The position numbers and the translations under genes are program-made. 25,198 nucleotides of DNA from Candidatus Iainarchaeum sp. (lineage in GTDB: Archaea > B1Sed10-29), in contig PWFL01000023.1 in assembly GCA_003553825.1 (NCBI GenBank), positions 1-25,198 on the forward strand, given 5' to 3'. Numbering within the stretch: position 1 is the first letter of the stretch; every line of letters starts with the position of its first letter. Shown here one piece after another: positions 1 through 6,591 of the stretch. A model generated the notes under the pieces. The model saw only the letters and a list, made by a program, of their open reading frames with translations. It did not search any database and was not told the origin of the DNA.

Positions 1-1
1 A

Positions 2-3000
2 GAATACGGAGAATACGAATCACTAAAAGGAGAAAAAGTACTATACTTAACAGTAGATAACCTGGATAAGAAAAGACACTTGGAAAGAATATGCATACCA
101 CACAAAAAAGAAGGGAACACCCTAAAGATAAAACACGGAGAAATACTAACAAAAACACTAGGCCTCAACCAAGGAAAAAACATAAACCAATTAGTGAAAA
201 AATCCAACAACACAATGGAACTAATAAACAAATTAAGTAACTTTCCAGTGTACAAAAAAGCCCCAGTATACGTGGGAACAAGAATGGGAAGACCAGAAAA
301 ATCAAAACCAAGAAAAATGTCACCAGCACCACACGGACTAATACCACTAGGAGGAGCAGGAGGAAAAGAAAGACTAATAAACAAAGCAGCGAACCAGAAA
401 ACAATGAAAGTAGAAAAAGCACTACTATACTGCCCAGAATGCAACGAAGAACTATTCAACTACAAATGCCCCGACTGCGGAACGGACGCCAAGCTACTCA
501 GAAAATGCAGAAAATGCGGAAGATTACAGGAAAGTGAAAAATGCGAAAGCTGCGGAAACAATACAATAAGCTACCACGAAAAAACAGTCAATATACGAGA
601 AGAGTTCAACAGAACAAAGAAAAAGATCCAGAAAAAATCAAGACAAGAGAACAACACCATCAAAGCCACTTCAAACCAGAACAAAACAATACCAGAGAAA
701 ATAAAAGGAGTAAAAGGAACCAGCAACGAACACCACCTATTCGAACCACTGGAAAAAGCAGTACTACGAGCAAAAAACGAAGTATCAGTATTCATGGATG
801 GAACAATAAGATACGACACACTAAACATACCACTAACCCACTTCAGACCAGAAGAAATAGGCGTAAGCGTGGAAAAACTCAAAGAACTAGGATACAAAAG
901 AGACTACAAAGGAAACAAGCTCAAAACGAAGGACCAAACCCTGGAACTAAAACCAAACGACATACTCATACCCCAGGACTCAGTTAAATACATGATGAAC
1001 GTAGCGGAATTCGTGGACGAAACCCTTGAAAAATACTACGACATGGAGAAGTACTACAATATAGATAAAAAGGAAGATTTAGTAGGTAAACTAGCAATAG
1101 GACTAGCACCACATACTTCGGCTGGAGTAATAGCTAGAATAATAGGATTCAACCGAGCAAAAGCCGGATACGCTCACCCATACTTTCATTGCGCTAAGAG
1201 AAGAAATTGTGTGCATCCTGAAACCAAGATAGTGATCTCAGATAAAAAGGAAGAAAAGATAAGTTCGAAAGAGATAGGTAAAATAACAGAAAAATTGATG
1301 GAATCCGGAGCAAAAGTAAAAGAAGATGGTGAATTTAAGCTTATTGAATGCCCAGAGCACTGGGAAGTATTTAGCATAGATCCAAAGACTCATGAAACCG
1401 TGAAAAGAAATATAAAACATTTCTTAAAAGGCCCTGTTCCTAAAGAATGGATCAAGATTAAAACAGCACTAGGAAGAGAATTCGTAATGACACCCGACCA
1501 CAACTTCCTCATGCTCGATGAAGACAATTTAAGATATAAAAAAGCCAGAAATATAAAAGAGGGAGATGAATTACCAATAAACATCAATTGGGAGGTCAGA
1601 GAACAAAAAGTTCCAGAAAGAATAGACTTAATTAAAGAATTTCTGAAGATTGAAGATAAAGCAATCAAGGAACAGATAAGAATAATAAATGCCTCTGACT
1701 ACTTCAAAAAAGTAGCGAGTAAAAAAGGAGTCAACGAAACAAGAGAACTCTTAAACTTATCAAAACAACATTCAAGAACCCTGTCAGCTTGGTATAGATC
1801 AGTTCCTCTATCTGATTTTGAGACATTGTTAGAAAAAGACCTTTGCTCTATAGAAGAGCTGCCTGAAGTCACCAAACTCAAAATGAGGCAAACAAAAATG
1901 GATACAAAGTTAGAAATCACTGATGAATTAATGAGATTACTTGGTTATTTCATTTCAGAGGGATATGCTAGAAAAAATGAATCAACAAACCAGATTTCAT
2001 TCAGAATATGCGATGAAGAAATACGAGAAGATCTTCTTTACTGCATAGAAGAAGTATTTGGATTTAAGCCCTATGTATCAAAAGAAGGTTCTAAGATATC
2101 AATATCTCGTAAAATAATATATTACTTATTCACAAAAATTTTCGAAACTGGTAGTTCAGCTAAAGATAAAAGAATTCCTCCAATACTCTTCAATCTGGAA
2201 AAGAAAAAAACTTCAGAATTCTTATCCGCATACTTCGATGGAGATGGAAGTGTACTAGTAGAACCAAAAAGACTAAGATTCTATTCAGCCTCAAAGTCTC
2301 TTATAAAAGACATAGGGTTGCTCCTATCAAGGTTCGGTATTCTAGCAAGATACTTCAAATCTAAGAAAAGACTGCCTGGTAAAAAAATAAGAGAAAGATA
2401 TAAAGAACTTGGTAAAGAACCTAAAAAGTTCTCTTTGCACCACCTAAATCTAGGGAAAAAAGACATAATTAAATTTGCTAAGATCTGCAATCCTATCTCT
2501 TCCAAAAAGAAAAAGAGAATTTCTAAATTGTCTGAACTACCTGAACCAAAGAACAGGTACGCAAAAGCAAACCAACAAATAACTAAATTGAAGAAATTTA
2601 GCGACTTTGCTAACGACAGAGTCAAATCTGTGGAAAAGATAAAAGAAAAAGAAAACAGTTACTGTCTTGATATAGAAACAGAATCGGGAAAAACAATTTC
2701 AAAAAATGTACTTTGGGGAAACCAACTATTCCAAATCCGATGCGACGGTGATGAGGACTCATTCATGCTTTTAATGGATGCATTACTGAATTTCTCTAGA
2801 GAATACTTACCTGATAGACCAGGAGGATCAGAAGATGCTCCTCTAGTACTATCAACACGTATAAATCCATCAGAGATTGATGACGAGGTGCACGCGATGG
2901 AGACAGTGAACGAGTTCCCACTGGAGTTCTACGAGGCTACTCAAGAAATGAAGAATCCGAGAGAAGTTGAGATGGATATAGTTGAAGATAAACTGGACAC

Positions 3001-3484
3001 GGAACACGAGTTTGAACTTGTAGGATTCACACACGACACCACTAACTTCGATGTAGGGCCAAGAAGATCGAAGTACACCACTTTAAAAGCAATGCAGGAA
3101 AAAGTGGATAAACAAATGGAGCTAGGTAGAAAAATAAGAGCAGTTGATGAAAAAGACATGGCAACTAAACTGATTAATCTACATTTCATGAAGGACATAT
3201 ACGGTAACCTCAGAGCATTTGGACAACAGACATTCCGGTGCGTTGACTGCAACAAAAAATTCAGAAGAGTGCCACTGATAGGCAAATGCACAGAATGTGG
3301 GGGGAAAATACTTCTAACAGTGCACGAGAAAGGTATAGAAAAATATCTATCAATATCAAGAGAGATCGCGGAGAAATACGACCTGTCCCCCTATCTAAAA
3401 CAAAGGCTTGATTTGATAGAACAGGACTTGGACCAGATATTTGAAACAAAGAAATCAAAACAGCAGTCACTAGCGCAATTCTAA
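2..3484 (+). CDS. polC: DNA polymerase D (Pol II) large subunit DP2, 5'-truncated by the window edge, intein-containing
   Basis: The frame is open from base 2; the TTG at 80 is not the real start. DP2 hallmarks: GTRMGRPEKS, PHGLIPLG, a Cys cluster (CPEC/CPDC/CRKC/CESC), GVKG, LEKAVLRAKN, DGTIRYD, LAPHTSAG, HPYFHCAKRRN-[intein]-CDGDEDSFMLLMDALLNFSREYLP, C-terminal CVDC..CTEC zinc finger. Ends TAA at 3482-3484. Confidence 0.97.
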   Translation, partial: EYGEYESLKGEKVLYLTVDNLDKKRHLERICIPHKKEGNTLKIKHGEILTKTLGLNQGKNINQLVKKSNNTMELINKLSNFPVYKKAPVYVGTRMGRPEKSKPRKMSPAPHGLIPLGGAGGKERLINKAANQKTMKVEKALLYCPECNEELFNYKCPDCGTDAKLLRKCRKCGRLQESEKCESCGNNTISYHEKTVNIREEFNRTKKKIQKKSRQENNTIKATSNQNKTIPEKIKGVKGTSNEHHLFEPLEKAVLRAKNEVSVFMDGTIRYDTLNIPLTHFRPEEIGVSVEKLKELGYKRDYKGNKLKTKDQTLELKPNDILIPQDSVKYMMNVAEFVDETLEKYYDMEKYYNIDKKEDLVGKLAIGLAPHTSAGVIARIIGFNRAKAGYAHPYFHCAKRRNCVHPETKIVISDKKEEKISSKEIGKITEKLMESGAKVKEDGEFKLIECPEHWEVFSIDPKTHETVKRNIKHFLKGPVPKEWIKIKTALGREFVMTPDHNFLMLDEDNLRYKKARNIKEGDELPININWEVREQKVPERIDLIKEFLKIEDKAIKEQIRIINASDYFKKVASKKGVNETRELLNLSKQHSRTLSAWYRSVPLSDFETLLEKDLCSIEELPEVTKLKMRQTKMDTKLEITDELMRLLGYFISEGYARKNESTNQISFRICDEEIREDLLYCIEEVFGFKPYVSKEGSKISISRKIIYYLFTKIFETGSSAKDKRIPPILFNLEKKKTSEFLSAYFDGDGSVLVEPKRLRFYSASKSLIKDIGLLLSRFGILARYFKSKKRLPGKKIRERYKELGKEPKKFSLHHLNLGKKDIIKFAKICNPISSKKKKRISKLSELPEPKNRYAKANQQITKLKKFSDFANDRVKSVEKIKEKENSYCLDIETESGKTISKNVLWGNQLFQIRCDGDEDSFMLLMDALLNFSREYLPDRPGGSEDAPLVLSTRINPSEIDDEVHAMETVNEFPLEFYEATQEMKNPREVEMDIVEDKLDTEHEFELVGFTHDTTNFDVGPRRSKYTTLKAMQEKVDKQMELGRKIRAVDEKDMATKLINLHFMKDIYGNLRAFGQQTFRCVDCNKKFRRVPLIGKCTECGGKILLTVHEKGIEKYLSISREIAEKYDLSPYLKQRLDLIEQDLDQIFETKKSKQQSLAQF
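1208..2740 (+). mobile_element. Intein (511 aa) with LAGLIDADG (DOD) homing endonuclease, inserted between RRN and CDGDED of DP2
   Basis: Removing 1208-2740 restores the conserved RRN|CDGDED. Block A CVHPETKIVI, block B TPDH, endonuclease motifs LLGYFISEGY and FLSAYFDGDGSV, block F-like SYCLDIE, +1 nucleophile Cys (TGC 2741-2743). The C-terminal dipeptide is atypical (Ile-Arg). Confidence 0.95.
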
Positions 3485-3509
3485 GATCATTTAAGAGAAC
3501 TAAAAAATG

Positions 3510-4298
3510 CTACATTAGGAAAAACCATATAATCATCAGCAATATCAATAGGATTAGAGTATAGATTCCTGGTTTGGAGTGTAAGAGCCAACCAGTCACT
3601 CCCGGGCCACTGGATTCTTCGCTACTCGTTGCAGTGGATTTAGCTCCTTTTGCAGCTGTTTTAGCCGCTTTTTTACCTACTTCTCCCCATCCTCTTGGAG
3701 ATTTGAGCTTGGTAAATGTTTCTTTAGAAACTTCTACCCATCCTTTTTCTCTTTCAGGAACCTCTTCAACATTCAGTGGTTGTCCTGCTACTCCGTCTAT
3801 GTATAGTTTATGTATTCCTTGGTCGGGTATCTTAACGAATATGGTCCAGACCGGCCAGTAAACCAATCTGAAGGCTGAAGTAGCCACATCTTCTTGAGAA
3901 ACATTGAACTGTGTGGCTAGTTTTATTTCACACGTCTTCTTTAATTCATCTTCCGATACAGCTGGAGTGTTAACGTTGTAGTTGTTGTGTTCTACTTGTA
4001 TCTCTTTCTTAAAATCAATTGGTTGGTTATCCATTATCCGTGGTACCATTGGCTCTATGTTGGCGTCAACTGCGTTCAAAGAAGTTTGTCCGGAGAATCC
4101 CTGTGAAACTGTTTCTCCCCTCATCTCTTGCTCCACTAATATATCGTAGTTAAAGATGTAGAAGGGAATAAAGTCGAGCTCGATGCTGGAAGGATCGAAT
4201 TCCTTCCAGTGCTTTCCTTCAAGGATATCTTCGAGTATGTCCGTCACATCGCTAAAATCGATGGATAGTGAGGCTGCCGGACTGTCCAGTTTCACCAT
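3510..4298 (-). CDS. Hypothetical tail-anchored membrane protein with two PepSY-like repeats
   Basis: 262-aa ORF with an SD-like GAAGGT upstream. Internal duplication: SIDFSDVTDIL..LDFIPFYIF..SLNAVDA versus AVSEDELKKTC..LVYWPVWTIF..LYIDGVAG. One hydrophobic C-terminal helix (IYTLILLILLMIIWFFLM) and no N-terminal signal. The PepSY label is a pattern guess. Confidence 0.7.
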   Translation of the reverse strand: MVKLDSPAASLSIDFSDVTDILEDILEGKHWKEFDPSSIELDFIPFYIFNYDILVEQEMRGETVSQGFSGQTSLNAVDANIEPMVPRIMDNQPIDFKKEIQVEHNNYNVNTPAVSEDELKKTCEIKLATQFNVSQEDVATSAFRLVYWPVWTIFVKIPDQGIHKLYIDGVAGQPLNVEEVPEREKGWVEVSKETFTKLKSPRGWGEVGKKAAKTAAKGAKSTATSSEESSGPGVTGWLLHSKPGIYTLILLILLMIIWFFLM

Positions 4299-4420
4299 TT
4301 TATTTACCTTCCATTGAATAGCAAGCTCTTCTAAACCCTGGTACCTTTCAGGGATTCGTGCATTTCTATCCAGTTTTTACTTCTGGATTTTTCAAGCTAT
4401 TAAGCTTGGATTCGGTTCTT

Positions 4421-4777
4421 TTATCTCTCTATCTTTGTTCCTGAGGGTGTTGCGAGTACTTTTTCTTCGGAGAGTCTGGCTATGTCTCCGTTTAAATCGC
4501 TTACTGTGCCTTTTAATTGAGAGATAGATTGTCTTAGTTTCACTTTATTCTTCTTGTGCATTGGTGCAATGTTTAGTAGAACCAAATTACCTTCTCTGAG
4601 CTCTGTTGCAACGGCATCGATGTCTGAAACATCTTTCAAAGTCGTTACTCTTACCCAGGTGTCTGCTTCTTCTTCCATTAAGTCTCCTTCTTCTAGTCCT
4701 AACTGATTGAGGATCTCCTCAACATCTTCATTCTCTTTGTCTCTATTCATTTTCAGCTTATCCATTAAACCAGCCAT
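4421..4777 (-). CDS. sepF: Cell division protein SepF (archaeal DUF552 family)
   Basis: N-terminal amphipathic MAGLMDKLK, acidic linker, core ELREGNLVLLNI...LKGTVSDLNGDIARLSEEKVLATPSGTKI typical of SepF; strong RBS. Confidence 0.92.
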   Translation of the reverse strand: MAGLMDKLKMNRDKENEDVEEILNQLGLEEGDLMEEEADTWVRVTTLKDVSDIDAVATELREGNLVLLNIAPMHKKNKVKLRQSISQLKGTVSDLNGDIARLSEEKVLATPSGTKIER

Positions 4778-4785
4778 AGTATGTT

Positions 4786-4792
4786 ACCTCCT
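4786..4792 (-). promoter_or_regulatory. Shine-Dalgarno site of sepF
   Basis: AGGAGGT on the minus strand, 8 nt upstream of the ATG at 4777. Confidence 0.75.
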
Positions 4793-4943
4793 ATTGTGTT
4801 ACCTCTGATTTTTTATTTGAGCATGTCTATAATTCATATTGCTAATTGTCAATAAATATTATGGTAGTCTATATATTTTAAAGTAAAGGGTTCGACGCGG
4901 AAAAGAAAGGGTTCATGACTGAAAAAACTAATTAAAACTTTGG

Positions 4944-6158
4944 ATGCGGGATAAAATGAACGACATATTCGAGGAAGAACTAAATAAAGAAACAGTGTTC
5001 AAGGACAGAGACGTGCTATCAGCACACTACATACCTGAAACCTTACCACACAGAGAAGAAGAAATACAGAAACTAATGAAGACTCTAGCCCCCTCTCTAT
5101 CCAACAAGAAATCAAAGAACTTATTCCTGTATGGGAAGACAGGTACAGGTAAAACTAGCGTTGCAAAACACGTTATAGATAAATTAGTACAGGTAAAGGA
5201 TAAATACGAGGTCAAAGTCGATCCAGTTTACATAAACTGCAGAGTACAGGACACCAAGTACCAGGTAATACTTAAAATGGTTGAATACTGTTATCCTGAC
5301 CAGGAATTCATAGGATACGCATTCGCACATCTTTACGACAGAGTAGTGGAGTATATACAGGAAGAAGGAACCAACTTCATAGTCATGCTGGACGAAGTGG
5401 ATAAAAACCAGTCACTGGACGACCTGATATACACCCTTACAAGAACGAATGACGAAATAGATAAAGGACAGTTAATTATAGTTGGAATAACCAATGACGT
5501 TAACTTCAAAGAAGACCTCGATCCAAGGAGCAGATCAACACTATGTGAAGAAGAAAAAGTGTTCTCACCGTACGATGCTGAAGAACTGAAAGAAATACTG
5601 AACCAAAGAGTTGAGAAAGGATTCAAAGAAGGAAAGATAGATCAATCAGCAGTTAATCTTGCCGCAGCAACAGCAGCCCAAGAATCAGGAGATGCAAGAA
5701 GAGCTTTAATGCTTATTCAGAAATCTGGAGATGTGGCTGATGAAAATAACGCGGAAAAGGTAACTGACAAACACGTTAGAAAAGCAAGAGAAAAAGTAGA
5801 GGAAGAGATAGTCTATGAAACAATTGAAACGCTTCCAGAACATCAAAAGATTCTTCTCTACGCCATAGCTCAATTAACAGAAGAAGGAGGACACTACAAA
5901 AAACTGGATGGAACGGATGATGATAAGACACTGATGTCGGGTGAAGTCTACAGCAGGTACGAATCACTCTGCGAGAAAAGAGGCAAGGATTCAAAGACAG
6001 CTAGATGGTGCAGGGAATACATAGATGACCTGGACATGCTCGGACTCGTGACAACCAACATATCTGGTAAAGGAGTCAGAGGCAACACAACTCTGATAAA
6101 GCTGGCTTATCCAGCGGAAAAAGTTAAAAAAGTAATAGAGGAAAGATTCAGCTCCTGA
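4944..6158 (+). CDS. cdc6: Orc1/Cdc6 replication initiation AAA+ ATPase
   Basis: LSAHYIPETLPHREEEI N-terminal motif, Walker A GKTGTGKT, YINC, Walker B MLDEVD, RSRSTL, PYDAEELKEIL, sensor 2 GDARRAL, C-terminal winged helix (LDMLGLV..GVRGNT). The start could also be the second ATG (MNDIF). Confidence 0.96.
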   Translation: MRDKMNDIFEEELNKETVFKDRDVLSAHYIPETLPHREEEIQKLMKTLAPSLSNKKSKNLFLYGKTGTGKTSVAKHVIDKLVQVKDKYEVKVDPVYINCRVQDTKYQVILKMVEYCYPDQEFIGYAFAHLYDRVVEYIQEEGTNFIVMLDEVDKNQSLDDLIYTLTRTNDEIDKGQLIIVGITNDVNFKEDLDPRSRSTLCEEEKVFSPYDAEELKEILNQRVEKGFKEGKIDQSAVNLAAATAAQESGDARRALMLIQKSGDVADENNAEKVTDKHVRKAREKVEEEIVYETIETLPEHQKILLYAIAQLTEEGGHYKKLDGTDDDKTLMSGEVYSRYESLCEKRGKDSKTARWCREYIDDLDMLGLVTTNISGKGVRGNTTLIKLAYPAEKVKKVIEERFSS

Positions 6159-6174
6159 TAGGCCAATAATTTTT

Positions 6175-6585
6175 TCAATAATCGCTTATGCTTCTCTGTC
6201 TTGAAGAGGTATCAGGTTCAGTGGATTTGATTTGCTCTGGATCCTGTTCTACTTCTTGACCTAGTCTTTCCTTTATTTTCTTAGCTGTTTTAGGTCCTAA
6301 AAGATTCGCTAGTTTCAAATAATCGGTTTCTTTTATATTTTTTGGTTCTTTTATGTCTTTTTCGTACAGTCTTCTGGCTCTTACTCTCCCAATTCCTTTT
6401 ATATCTGTTAATGGAACTAGTTCTTTTCTCACTCCATACTTTAGTCTCTTCCGTATCTTCATTATCGGTCCCAGTTTCTCGGTATTTCCCGTTAATTTAG
6501 CCAGTTCCTGTGCTGAATAGAGAACCCAGTCACCGTTCTTCAAGTATCTTCTCAGTATTCCTGGTGGCACTCCATAGTTCTCCAT
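6175..6585 (-). CDS. hel308: Hel308/Ski2-like helicase, C-terminal fragment (end of ratchet domain 4 plus HhH domain 5)
   Basis: YGVPPGILRRYLKNGDWVLYSAQELA matches the Hel308 YGVxPGDL...WL segment, followed by RLKYGVRKELVPL and IKGIGRVRARRLY (RAR motif). In frame with the upstream fragment across one TAA. Confidence 0.9.
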   Translation of the reverse strand: MENYGVPPGILRRYLKNGDWVLYSAQELAKLTGNTEKLGPIMKIRKRLKYGVRKELVPLTDIKGIGRVRARRLYEKDIKEPKNIKETDYLKLANLLGPKTAKKIKERLGQEVEQDPEQIKSTEPDTSSRQRSISDY

Positions 6586-6591
6586 GATTTC

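Noticed and set aside
80-82. TTG at 80 as the DP2 start
   Set aside because: The frame is open back to base 2 and the N-terminal part of DP2 is missing, so the gene starts upstream of the window.
620-700. Short K/Q/N-rich insertion in DP2 before GVKG
   Set aside because: Low-complexity expansion in a region I recall as length-variable; no mini-intein motifs.
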